Shown: positions 37,363 through 48,527, counted from the first letter of the stretch. The stretch: 64,000 bases of DNA from Diplonema japonicum (GCA_964019335.1 OZ025683.1:496001-560000), one strand, 5' to 3'. The notes: generated by a model not told the origin, from the sequence alone. Program-made: numbers and translations.

Positions 37363-38345
37363 ATGGGGAAATCACGCTCACGTACTTCGAATGTCCCCCT
37401 GCACATAGGGAGCGGGCCGGGTGAGCGTATCGAGCAGACAGTACTGAAAAGGAGAAAGAAGATCGAAACAGTATGCCTACCAAAAAGACGTCACCACTGT
37501 ACAGGTCCACGCTGACAAAGTGAGGAGGGGGTTGGCACAGCAGAAGGCGGCAGGGGAGCACAAGAAACTGAGGAAACAAGTATGTAGTATCAGCCCTCTG
37601 CAAGAAGCCCCTCACAGGTTTTCCGTAATGCGAGAGATTACATCAACAACTTCAAGAGACGGGAACACAACAAAAAGGAAATGTCCAGGAGGCAGAAAGT
37701 GCATATCAAGCAGCCTGTGGTGCTGCCGAGTGAGTTCAAGGGCATGATGGCGCTGGCGATCAGGGTGAAGGGGTATGTACTTCAAAAGGTTTATATACAT
37801 CATGCAGTGACGACATCCCGGAAACGTGCAGAAGAATGCTCAGCAAGTGGAAGTTGAATAAAATGTATGAGGGAGCCTTCCTGTCCCTGAGTGAGAGCAA
37901 CTTGCAGGCCCTCCATCTCTTGAAGGACTACGTAAAGTGGGGTTACCCGACACCTGACCAGATCAAGGTGCTGATCAGGACTAGGGGTTACACGCTGAAC
38001 GACAGTGGGATGAGGATCCCCATCAGCGGGAACGCTCTTGTGGAACAAAAGCTCGGCGACCAAAACATATTGTGTCTTGAGGACATGGAGCACGCCATTG
38101 CTAACCATACTGAGGAATTCGATGCCTGTGTACACTTCCTTGCCCCCTTCCGCTTCGAGCCTCCTGAGAAGGACGAGACAGAGCTCGAGAGAAGGACCAG
38201 GGAAAGGAACACCAACGTCGGCGAGAAGTCCTTCGCATCCTTCCTCCTCAACAACATGCCTGAGGTCCCTCAGAAGGCACCGAACACCACAGCCGCCGAA
38301 ACTATCTCGAAAAAGAAGAGGAAGCTCTTGGCCAACAAGAAATAA
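37363..38345 (+). CDS. RLP7: uL30 family protein (60S L7 paralogue, Rlp7/RPL7L1-like), 291 aa; exons 37363-37470, 37505-37579, 37618-37772, 37808-38345
   Basis: Spliced product has TVLKRRK, LAIRVKG, W.L.K..EGAF, YVKWGYP, TRGY, I.ISGNALVEQKLG...ILCLEDM.H.I and FLAPF, the L7/uL30 signature; its divergence fits Rlp7 better than cytosolic L7. Introns 37471-37504, 37580-37617, 37773-37807. Confidence 0.8.
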
Positions 38346-38477
38346 AAAAACTCGCACTCATATCCCTATTGTCGTAAATCATGAAGTTCCGTCCTCTTTT
38401 TTTTTGCCCCCATCAGATCAGATATTCATATTGTATTTCTCTTTGTTTCCGTTCCCACAAAGCACTCTAGGTCCGCG

Positions 38478-39767
38478 ATGAAGAAGCTGCAGCGCGCACC
38501 ACGCTGCACAGCATGTGGCGAGGAGGTGGCGGGCTTGGGGAAGTTCTGCAGCGGGTGCGGCGCAGAGATAGGAAGCCGGATGTACCAGCAGTACGGGAGG
38601 TACTTACGGTCTATTCAGAAGCTTGGTGTGCTTGGATACCACACTATTAAGGAAGACAGTGCACAGGAAGAGTCGGAAACATGTGCGAAGTACTTCGGCG
38701 AGGAGGATGTCTTCATTAATGATATCAGAAAGTCAACGGAGGCCACAAAGAAACCGGGTTTGGAACGGACACTCAGTCCACGCCCACCACCGCCTTTCAA
38801 GCCGTCTGAAGGGCCGCTGCTCAGCTCGACACCTCTGCTGCCAACACAGGTCGACGACTCGCCAGCTATCAGCAGGCTCTCAACACCGAATAGAATAAAA
38901 TACAAGAGCGAAGGCATGATTGTGTATGTGGATCCTCACTCTGATGGGACTGTGCGGATATCTGGGAAGAACCACGAGAAGCGGCTAAAGATACACAGTG
39001 AGAACCCCACCACAGTAGACATGGCTGACAAAATAATCTTGCACCAAGCACTCAACACCTTCTCAACACCAAGCAAGAGGTACCGCCTCCCCACCGACCA
39101 GCATGAGCGTGAGCTAGTTATAGCGAAGCTTTTCTCCCTCGCTTCTGCTCAAGGCGTCCCGCATAACATACCAGTGTTCCCCGACCGCATCACCTACGGC
39201 AAAGGAAAGGAAAGGGGCAAGGCGTCCCCCACACCATGGCTAGAGTCGAGTAAAGAGCAAATTCTCGATAAGGCACAGACCGAAATGGTGGTAAAGCGCC
39301 TGCACGACGATTTCTTCGCGAACCAGAACGCGCAAATGCAGAGGAGGCCTGCTCAGCCGCCTAAGGACGTTCACAGTTTACAAGCCATGAACAAACGCCT
39401 GTACTACGGACAAGTGGAAGCTAAAAAGCAGTTGCAAGAGAAACTTGATGCTGAGTACCAACGGAAGACATTCATTCTGCCTCCTGACAGCATACAGGAG
39501 TCGACTGCGAGGCTGTACTCAGACGCCGTGGAGCATAAAATCAGGCAACAGGAACTTGAGCAGAAGTATTTATCACAACCGAAGGCCCCTGCAAAGAGCA
39601 ACATGAAGGCCGCTGTGCAGCGTTTGTATGATGATGAGCTGGCAAAGAAGGTGGACTTGAGAAAAGCCTTATGGGAAAAGCATGTAGGCCACAACGAAAA
39701 AAAGGTAAAGAAACTTACGGCGAAAGAGATGGGTACCTGTGTGCAACGATTGGCGAACACGAATTAA
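38478..39767 (+). CDS. Hypothetical protein with N-terminal zinc ribbon and C-terminal RLY-type repeats
   Basis: 429 aa; CTAC...FCSGCG; five motifs VVKRLH, MNKRLY, STARLY, AVQRLY, CVQRLA spaced about 30-40 aa apart. Confidence 0.7.
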   Translation: MKKLQRAPRCTACGEEVAGLGKFCSGCGAEIGSRMYQQYGRYLRSIQKLGVLGYHTIKEDSAQEESETCAKYFGEEDVFINDIRKSTEATKKPGLERTLSPRPPPPFKPSEGPLLSSTPLLPTQVDDSPAISRLSTPNRIKYKSEGMIVYVDPHSDGTVRISGKNHEKRLKIHSENPTTVDMADKIILHQALNTFSTPSKRYRLPTDQHERELVIAKLFSLASAQGVPHNIPVFPDRITYGKGKERGKASPTPWLESSKEQILDKAQTEMVVKRLHDDFFANQNAQMQRRPAQPPKDVHSLQAMNKRLYYGQVEAKKQLQEKLDAEYQRKTFILPPDSIQESTARLYSDAVEHKIRQQELEQKYLSQPKAPAKSNMKAAVQRLYDDELAKKVDLRKALWEKHVGHNEKKVKKLTAKEMGTCVQRLANTN

Positions 39768-39873
39768 CAACGTGTCCTTACGGACATGACCCAGCAGTGG
39801 GAAACAGTTATGTTTTTATGGGTTGTTAGCACTCTATATGTACCCTTTTAGCTTAATCTCTTCACAACAGGTC

Positions 39874-42800
39874 ATGCATAATAAAGTAATATGCTATGTT
39901 AGTATAATATTGTTATTTTGCAGTGATGTGCAGGCCTCATGTTCGTACGCTGTTGTAAAGAGCAATACGTGTGAATCCAGCGGGTTTGGGATAATCACGA
40001 CACAAACACAATGTGACGCAGCTGTTGTTGCACTGATGACCAGTCCCCCAGGGTCAACTGTCACCTTGGAGGCCGATACTACTTACCCTCGTGGGTGCTA
40101 CATCCTGCAGTTCTCTAACAGTGCCCCGTACATTAACACTGCTGTGTCATCAACACCCTGCTCTGACAGCAGTAGGTGCCTGTGTTCCGATTGCCCAACA
40201 CCAGCACCTGACACTCCAGCTCCCGACACTCCCGCCCCACCTACAGCTATACCCACCCAGGCACCCCCAACGTCGCCTCCCGACACCAATGCTCCTCCAA
40301 CACCGGCACCCGCTACGCTGCCTCCCGACACTGACGCTCCTCCAACACCGGCACCCCTTACGTCGCCTCCCGACACCAATGCTCCTCCAACTCCGGCGCC
40401 CCCAACGTCGCCTCCCGACACCAATGCTCCTCCAACTCCGGCACCCGCTACGCTGCCTCCCGACACTAACGCTCCTCCAACTCCGGCACCCCCGACAGCT
40501 GTGCCTACTGACGCTCCTCTTACACTTGTTCCTCCTACAGCTGTTCCCACAGTTGCGCCACCAACGATTGCTCCGCCCACTGCCGCACCTCTCACTGCAG
40601 AGCCGACAGCAATCCCAACAGCCATTCCTACTGACGCTCCTCCGACAGCCGAACCTACTGCAATACCTACTGCAGAACCGACAGCTGTTCCGACTGCACC
40701 ACCGACTGCACCCCCCACAGCACAGCCAACTGTGGCACCACCTACTATGGAGCCCACTGCAACGCCAACAACAGCACCTCTCACAGCGGAGCCCACGATA
40801 TCTCCAACAGCTGTCCCTACAGCAGCCCCTCCCACAGCAGTCCCAACTGCCAATCCAACATTTGCTCCAGCAACTTTGGTTCCTACAGCAACACCGACAC
40901 TAGCACCACTTACTGCTATCCCAACCGCAACTCCAACAGCCCCGCCGACGACTCTGCCGACTACGGCCTCGCCAACTGCTCCTCCTACTGCTCCTCCTAC
41001 TGTTCCACCAACGGCGGAGCCACAGGCCACTGCCCAGCCTACTACCCTACCCCCAACTCAGTTGCCCACTCCCGTACCGACGGCGGCACCCAGCTACCTT
41101 CCTGCTCAGGATTTGCTTACTGAGTCCGATACCGACTTAGGGGCAGCTGCAGCGCTCACAGGAATTGCATCGGGAGGGACAGCAGCACACGCATCGATGC
41201 TGGTGCTGCTGATGGACGGTTCGTGTGACGGGACAGACAAGAAGCTACCATGGGCGCTGCAGCCACTGCAGCTCACAGTACACGGGTCTCACTACGCTGG
41301 TGTTATCATCGGGAATTTCATTCTGGTGATTGCCGTTGCTGTTGTGTTGTACTTGCTGTACCTTCTGGTGAGGTACGTGTCGATTGTGAGGAATAGGTTC
41401 AGCCCTGGTGCTGGTGACATAGAAGACCCGTTGGGGCTCGTTAGGCTCCCTGCCGGCCCGCTCTACGCGGTACTGTTCTTCTACCAGTCGTTTGCTTTCA
41501 CAGGAATCCACCTCATGGTGTACCCCCCTAACGTGGCTCTGTGTTTGTTGGGTATCGTCACCACCATCGGGTGCTTGGTGTTCCCTGTTGTGACTTGTTA
41601 TCAGGTGGCACAAGGTGTGCCCGAAGATGCTTATTACATGCACGACGTGAATGAACGCCCACGGTGGCTGATATTCTTTGTTGGGAAAGGGGAATGGGTG
41701 TGTACGAGAAAAGATCACGCATGGGTACGCAGGTGGTGTTCAATGGTTAGATCCTTCAAGCAAGATAGGTGCTATTTTATCGCAGCCGACTTTGCCGCCA
41801 TGTTCGCCATCGCCATCGCAACTGTTCCGAGGGCCAGCACTATGGTGGCCTGCGGTCATTTGCGCATGGCGCAGGCCGCGATTAACATGGCAGGCTTGAT
41901 GGGCGAACTGTACACCCGTCCGCATGTGAGGTCGAGGGACAACTACTCCGACTGCGTGAGGTTGACCCTGCAGGTCTTGGCTTGTGTTTGCATGGCTTTC
42001 GGTTATTACTCGGGCGACAGCAACAACGTAGCATTTGGCTTTGCAAGCGCCATGTTCATCGGTGCGTTGTGTTTGATCTTCGTGAAGCTTATTCTTGATG
42101 GCATTACTGAGCTGTGGCTGCTGTGCAACAAGAGAAGGGCAAAGCTGCAAGCCTTCGCATGGAACGAGCGGTATGAGGGCCCTGGGAAGGAGATGGCGGA
42201 GAGCTTGTTGATGACGAAGTCCATTGCTGACATCGTCGACGTGGAGAGCGTGGGCAGCAATATCCTCAGCCCAAGTCCTTCGCCCACCCCGAGCCCCAAG
42301 GCGAAGGATTCGATGAGCAGCTACGATCCACCGCAGCAGCAAAACGATTCTTCTTCTGAAGAAGACCGCCCCTTATTCAAACCTGCCAGCTACAGGAGGG
42401 TCAGCAGGAGGGAGAGCTCGCCCTCGCCAATGGCCACAAGTGGGGGGTCGTTTAACCGTGTTGCCAGCATCAATGCGAGTAATGGCAGCATAAGGTTGCC
42501 AAGGTCGCGCAATGGAAGCTTCCCTCCGCGCGGTCCTAAGAAGCAGAGGCAGAGGTCGCAGCCAACCTTGCAGGAGCTTTTGGACATGCCAGAGAGGGAA
42601 CTGGGCCAGCACACGTTGCTGCCCGCATTGAGGAAGTTGCACAAGGTGATCGCGAATGGCGACGTGAAACGAGCTAATGAGCTCGCGGACAAGATGGAGG
42701 AGAACCCCTTGGCGGGCGGCATGATCGCCTCCATGCTCTCCAAGCACTTCTACCCCAACGTGCCGAAGGCTATCCTCGCAGACAACCCGCGCAGCTTCTT

Positions 42801-42948
42801 CGCGATCGATGCACAGGCTCGCCCTCAGTCACCAAGCTTCTACTCGAGCTTCGCGTCCACACCTGGCTCCGCTTCCTCCGACGTCAGGGAGAGCAGGATG
42901 CAGAAACGTTCATCTCTTTCTATCTCGTTGCCCCTCACGCAGATCTGA
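39874..42948 (+). CDS. Surface protein: signal peptide, Cys-rich head, Pro/Thr/Ala mucin stalk, multipass TM domain (DGF-1 C-terminal-like), Ser-rich cytosolic tail (1,024 aa)
   Basis: ATG 39874 directly after ACAACAG; ~300-aa PTA stalk; LPWALQPL...GVIIGN followed by many hydrophobic segments. Confidence 0.8.
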   Translation: MHNKVICYVSIILLFCSDVQASCSYAVVKSNTCESSGFGIITTQTQCDAAVVALMTSPPGSTVTLEADTTYPRGCYILQFSNSAPYINTAVSSTPCSDSSRCLCSDCPTPAPDTPAPDTPAPPTAIPTQAPPTSPPDTNAPPTPAPATLPPDTDAPPTPAPLTSPPDTNAPPTPAPPTSPPDTNAPPTPAPATLPPDTNAPPTPAPPTAVPTDAPLTLVPPTAVPTVAPPTIAPPTAAPLTAEPTAIPTAIPTDAPPTAEPTAIPTAEPTAVPTAPPTAPPTAQPTVAPPTMEPTATPTTAPLTAEPTISPTAVPTAAPPTAVPTANPTFAPATLVPTATPTLAPLTAIPTATPTAPPTTLPTTASPTAPPTAPPTVPPTAEPQATAQPTTLPPTQLPTPVPTAAPSYLPAQDLLTESDTDLGAAAALTGIASGGTAAHASMLVLLMDGSCDGTDKKLPWALQPLQLTVHGSHYAGVIIGNFILVIAVAVVLYLLYLLVRYVSIVRNRFSPGAGDIEDPLGLVRLPAGPLYAVLFFYQSFAFTGIHLMVYPPNVALCLLGIVTTIGCLVFPVVTCYQVAQGVPEDAYYMHDVNERPRWLIFFVGKGEWVCTRKDHAWVRRWCSMVRSFKQDRCYFIAADFAAMFAIAIATVPRASTMVACGHLRMAQAAINMAGLMGELYTRPHVRSRDNYSDCVRLTLQVLACVCMAFGYYSGDSNNVAFGFASAMFIGALCLIFVKLILDGITELWLLCNKRRAKLQAFAWNERYEGPGKEMAESLLMTKSIADIVDVESVGSNILSPSPSPTPSPKAKDSMSSYDPPQQQNDSSSEEDRPLFKPASYRRVSRRESSPSPMATSGGSFNRVASINASNGSIRLPRSRNGSFPPRGPKKQRQRSQPTLQELLDMPERELGQHTLLPALRKLHKVIANGDVKRANELADKMEENPLAGGMIASMLSKHFYPNVPKAILADNPRSFFAIDAQARPQSPSFYSSFASTPGSASSDVRESRMQKRSSLSISLPLTQI
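40195..41090 (+). repeat. Pro/Thr/Ala coding repeats, including five 45-bp PPDTNAPPTPAPxTx units (40276-40500)
   Basis: Direct inspection. Confidence 0.9.
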
Positions 42949-43768
42949 TATTCAACGGTCGTCAGTTCAGGTTTGTTATGTTGCTTCGGCCTCGGACAGG
43001 ACCCATGGCCTTGGTCATCACACCTTGGCCATGCCTTGGTCATCACACCCGTGTGCATGAGAAAGAACTACAAAGGTGCGGTCTGGTGTATCCAAACGCT
43101 CTTTTTTTTTCTCTTATCTCTTATCGTACCTCACTCCTCCTCCGATCCCCTCTGGCCTTTTTTTCTTTTCTTGTATCGGGGGTATCTTGGTCCTGTTTTT
43201 TCTTTTTTATTTCTATTTTTTGCCTCTTTTTTTTTTTTTTTGTTTCAATGAAGTAATGGCGGAACACTTTAGGAGGACCACAGCAGCAATTGCCAATTGC
43301 TGGCAAATGGTGCTTTTTGTTGATTTGTGATTCAGACTTCTTAATAGTGTTTTCCCTCTTCCCCCTCCCTTCTTCTTTTAGAGTAGCTCATCAAAATATG
43401 AAGGAACAGGTTGGCAGTTTTTAGCACAACACAACACGACTTGCAGGTGAGCGCGAAAACGCACCTGAAATGTCTGCTCTCCAGCCCTATGTTAGTGTGC
43501 CGAGTTCTGAGACTTTTCGAACGCACCGGCTAGAAGTTTGGCTAATAACATGCTTTTTCGGCAAGTCTGCACAGTAACAGGTTGTTACTTTACTTTTTTG
43601 CAGATATTTACTTAGAAAAAATAAGGTGAGGGGATTTGAGCCATTCCCGCCATTGTTCAGCAAATAGAGTGAACACGGTTTACACTTCGCGGACACATTA
43701 GCTTCCCCCCTCCCCTTTCTTTTCGTTTGGATATTTTCTTCTTCCTCATTTGTTCCCGCAGCCCATGT

Positions 43769-43799
<31 letters not shown>

Positions 43800-44373
43800 C
43801 TCTCGCCTGACGGCCTTTATCGGTTTTTCTTCTTTTTCTTTTTTCTCCTTCCTTTTTTTTTTTTTTTCTTCTCTTTATGCTGAGAGTGTCCTCTGTACTC
43901 AACTTAGGAAAAAAATGTGGGCTACACAGTAGGCCAAGGGCCTTAGTGGCTCCCTTCTTTTTTATGTTCGAGCGTCTGGTTCTTGCTTTTGTCTATTGTT
44001 TTATTGATTTTTCGCTTGGGAGCTCCCGCCTGCAAAGGGTAAAACAATGCGCAAAATTAACAAAAGTAAACAACAAACAAACAACAATACACAAAAGAAG
44101 GGAGAGAGAGAAGGGGAAGAAAAAAAAAAAGAAAAAGAAAAGGGGGGGAAAGAATAAAGGAAACAATTTCTGTGCGAATGTCTTCTGCGGCTTATCCGGC
44201 TTGAGATGACCACTTTAATTTGTTATTCCCTCCCTTCCTCACTCTCCCTTTTATGCCCCGTTCCCTGTTCTGTGATGTGATGTGTCTTGTGGGACAGGAA
44301 ACAAAGTGCTTTTATGTTTTTGTAGTGAGCAATTTAAAAAGAGAATTAAGGTGGGGATGTTTTTTTTTTTTTT

Positions 44374-47300
44374 CGGGAGAAGCGTGGCGCGACAACCAAA
44401 GGAGAAGTGCCTGTCGGCGAAATCTGTGGTTGAGGCGACAGGTGCGGCAGTGGGCTGGCAGAAGTGCATCGCCGAGGTGAAGCGGAAAGTCTCGCACATC
44501 CTTGCGGGAGTCCAAGATTTGCTCGACAGGGGACTAGCAAGCAACATGCCGGAGCAGCTGCTGAGGACTTGGGCGAATGCTATAAAGGTGTTAGCGAAGC
44601 TCCCGCAGCTTCCGAGATGCGAGGTGGGTCTGATGAAGGACAATTTTGAAACGATTATCATCAAACTTCAACGCCTAGACGACGACCTGTCCGCTCTGGC
44701 GCGAGTGATCGCAAAGGACGCGAGGGTCGAGCGTGAAAGGAAGTATGAAGAGAGGATCAACACCCACTTCAAGGAGGAACGGAAGAGGGTGACCGCCTTC
44801 GTGAAGGGCACAACGGCATCAGCAACGCAGGCAGTGGAAGGCGACGGGGTTCTCACGGCAGATCTTGAAGAGATGGACAAGATGATGCACAAGGAGTGGG
44901 ACCCTATTTTTCAGCTGTACGGTGGGGATCGAGGAGAGCCGCAGTACAACGCCTTTAGAACGAGGTACAGGGAGTACATCGTGTCGCAGAAGATGGAACT
45001 TCGACCACTTACAGGAGAGGATCTGAGGGCGGTGTTGGCCAAGAAGTCAACGAGAACGGCTCCAGGGGTGGATGGATGGAGGATGGCGGAACTGCGTGCC
45101 ATGCCGGTAGTACTGCTGGATGCTTGGGCCGAGCTGTTCAACGCAGTCGAGACGACAGGGAAGTGGCCGAAAGCACTCCTGACAGCGCTGGTGACGTTGA
45201 TCCCGAAGGGTGGCGAGAGGACTCCTCTGAACCATCGGCCGATCACAGTCACGAGCGCGGTCTATCGGCTGTGGGCATGTGCGAGGCTGCGTGACATCAC
45301 GCTGTGGCAAGAGAAGTGGATCGACGACTCTCAGCATGGTTTCAGACCGAAGAGAGGCACGGATAGCATTCTGATGGAGCTCAGTACACAGCTCGAAGAG
45401 GCGCTGTTGACAGGCACCCCTCTCAACGGCATTGCGTTGGATTTTGTCAAGTGCTTCGACAGAGTCCCACAGCAGATAGCTTTTGGCCTGATGCAAGATC
45501 TCGGTTTGCACGAGCGGATACTGACCCCCTTGAAAGCTATGTATGCGAACCTGAAGCGGCGATTCCGTTTCCCGACAGGTGTTGGCTCAGAGTTCCGAGT
45601 GACGAATGGTATCCTGCAAGGGTGCCCCATCTCGGTAATCATGGTGAACGCCTTGGTGTCGGTGATGGTGAAGTGCGTGATGACGGAAGTACCAGGAGCT
45701 TGGTCACTTTCGTACGCGGATGACGTGTACCTCCTGGCGCGTTTAGCGGAGGTCCTGACAAGGGCGACCAACAAGGTGATCGAGTTCGGGGACCGGACAG
45801 AGATGCGCCTCAACGGAAAGAAGTCGCAGGGATTCTCGACGAAAAACGAGATCGGCCCTAGTTTAGTATGCACCGGTTCCTCGTTCAAGGTAGCTGGGGA
45901 GATCAAATCACTTGGCGTGAACCTGAGCATGGATGGGAATCACAGGCTGGACAAGCTGGACGCAGCGGAGGGACGCCTGACCCGTCTCGGAGCTTTGCCA
46001 CTAGGGTTTGAGAACAAGTCGACGATGTTGACGAGCACTGTGCTACCGTCGTGTCTGTACGGAGCAACGTATGCGGCACCCTCGGACGACCAGCTGAAGA
46101 AGATGTGTACAGCGGCAGTGGTCTCCCTGTGGGGCCCCCAGTTCGGGATGAGAAACCCCGTGTCTGTACTGAGCGTTCTGCTGCCAGGGCATACGGCACA
46201 TCCGCTGTCGAAGGTCATCTACGGAACGATAAACAGCTTGGTCCGGGAGAGCCTGGCCTCTCCGCGTTTGCGGCAGCGTGTTGGTGAGATCATTGGTCTA
46301 TACCAGGACCGTGATGACGATGAGGTGATGGGTCCGATTGGAGTCCTGCGGAACAGATGGCTCCCCTTTCTGGGGAAGGGATGGTCCTTTGTGGCCGACC
46401 TGCACGGAGATACAGCGGTGGCTCACAAAGTGAGGCAAGCCATCAGACCGGCAGTTGCGAAGAGGCTGATCGAGAAGAGATCAACCTTCGTGGGGATGGA
46501 GGCAGGGGCGTGCCCGTCCACGAACTATTGGTGGAAAAAGCTCCAGGCCCGGAGACCGTTGGTGTCCTTTAGGTTGCGGCGCATCATTAGTGGTGCAGTG
46601 TTCACGACTCACCCGAGGGTGTGGGGGAGAAAATTGGATGGCCCTGGTGTGGAAAACCCAGCATTAGCGTGTGACGTTTGCGACCACCGGTCCCAGACAA
46701 CGACCAGCATGACGGAGCATGCACTGTGGGAGTGCGAGCCGGCAAGGAGTGTGTTGGAAAGCGAGCAATACGCAGAGGTGAAGCGAGAAGGCCTCCCAGC
46801 TGCCACAGCCCTTCACGGGATAGTCCCAAGAGGAGCCGACAAAGCAGGGAAAGAACGTGCCAGGATGGTGCAACAATACCTCCTGAAAGTAGTGACGGTC
46901 CGTGACGCCAGAGCAGCGGAAAAAAGCAAGAGAGTGCTCACCTCCAACCCTTGGGATGAGGTAACGACAGGGAGGCAACATGATGTTCCGACGGAAGCGT
47001 TGCTGAAGGCGAACGGGGCGTCAGGCGCGGTCCTGACCTTTCATCTGAAGAACGTCCTCAAGTGGCTAAGAGGCCTACGATGGTACGATGGTAAGAAGAA
47101 AACTTCCGTCACTACAATGGAACTCGCCATAGACTATGAGCAGACCACCCGCCGGTCACTCATAGGTCCCCTCGACGATCAGGACCTGCTCACGGAGAAG
47201 GCCGCAAGGATGCGATACATCTTGGGTCGCATCCAGAAATGCTCAGCACGCTGTGGAAGGTCAGCCTTCCCCGCCAACGCCAAATCAAGGGTGCATACCC

Positions 47301-47537
47301 TTCGACATCTTGGGGGCCCGACGGCACACGGCTACGACAGGAGACCACTCTTCTCCTCGAGCCAAACCCCCCCCTACCTAGCACGACTCCAAGCAGTGTT
47401 TCTCGCCCAGATGCCGTCCATCTCATCGCGACAAACAGCCACCGCAGGCACCAGACAGCAACCGCAGAACGGTGACCGATTAGTGTGAATTTCTACCTGA
47501 ACAGTGAGCACCCCCATGCACACTGAAATTTTATCGA
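44374..47537 (+). mobile_element. 5'-truncated non-LTR (LINE-type) retrotransposon; RT ORF open to 47488
   Basis: APGVDGW, LIPK, RPIT, QHGFR, LDFVKCFDRV, GILQGCPIS and YADD motifs; CCHC knuckle CDVC...EHALWEC. No endonuclease domain or true start. Flanked by G(T)14 at 44359-44373 and 47538-47552. Confidence 0.93.
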
Positions 47538-48007
47538 GTTTTTTTTTTTTTTGTGTTTTTTTTTTTTAATTCGTGCTGATAATATGGGGAAATGAGAAAA
47601 GATTTTGGGTTAACGGAAACAGGAAGTGATGCAGCCGGGGGGGGGGGGGGGGGGGACTATCCGTCAATCTAGCTAATGAGGTTTCTATTCTTTTCTTTTC
47701 TGTGTTTTTTTTTTTTTTTTTTTTTTGGTGAAGATCTGGAGGGACGCCTGCCTTCTCGTAGTCCCCCACAGGCATGGAGGCGTTGCAAGAGCGCCAATAG
47801 CACCATAGGTACAATGCGCCTTGGCGTCCAGTATTCCTTCTTCTTTTTCTTTTTTATTCTATTGAAGCCCCCCTATGTATTTTTAAGTTTTTTTTTTTTT
47901 TTAAATACAACCCGGAAAAAAATGCAACAACAACAACTGCTTCGTTGGGTAAAAGTTCATTTTGAGGGCTATTTTTTGTTGGCCGTTTTTAGGCCTTTTC
48001 TTTTTTG

Positions 48008-48051
48008 TTGGCGGGCCGTTGCTAACCACTTCGTTCCTATCATAGTGAATT
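48008..48051. repeat. 44-bp dispersed intergenic element, copy 2
   Basis: 43/44 identical to 33895-33938, same orientation, T-rich flanks. Confidence 0.9.
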
Positions 48052-48527
48052 TTTGTTTGTTCTTTTTTTTTTTTTTTCTTCCATGTTGGCTTGTTGTTTA
48101 ATCGTTCTTAGCTTTATATTTAAAAAAAAAAAAAAAAAAAGAAACGCTTTTATCCAAAGCTTCTCCCCCCCCACCCCTGCCCAGAAAAGGGACAACAAAA
48201 AGAAAAATAACCTGGTCCACCCCCACTTGGTTTACTGTGTTTTTTTTTTTTTTTTTTTTATTCTAAGGGTGGTCCTCAAGTGGGATTTGCCCTTAAACGT
48301 TGCCTTTTTTTTTCTCTTTTTTAAACAGTAACATAGAGGGGGAGGGAAACAAATGGTGAATTGAATGAACGGGGTGAATAAATCGTTGGGGGGGGTTTTT
48401 TTTTGTCTGTTTTGAGAATTGGAAAGAGAATCAAAAAAAAAGAATAGGGGGGAAAGAACAGAAAAAAAAAAAAACGTAAAGGGTAGCAAAAAAGAAAGAA
48501 AAGAGTAAAGAAGAAACACTAATAGTT

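Noticed and set aside
43008-43049. 17-bp direct repeat GCCTTGGTCATCACACC x2 in a 3' UTR
   Set aside because: Simple local duplication with no further support.
43284-43302. Palindromes CAGCAATTG-C-CAATTGCTG (here) and CCTCTGATCAGAGG (55057-55070)
   Set aside because: Short and isolated; compatible with chance in 64 kb.
44282-44373. N-terminal extension of the RT ORF
   Set aside because: Reads through flanking DNA and the T14 run (MFFFFF); it is not part of the element.
47489-47552. SL-RNA or snRNA fragment at the LINE 3' end (AATTTT Sm-like site then a T-run), suggesting a SLACS/CZAR-type insertion
   Set aside because: No spliced-leader exon sequence on either flank and no restriction-like endonuclease motif in the ORF.
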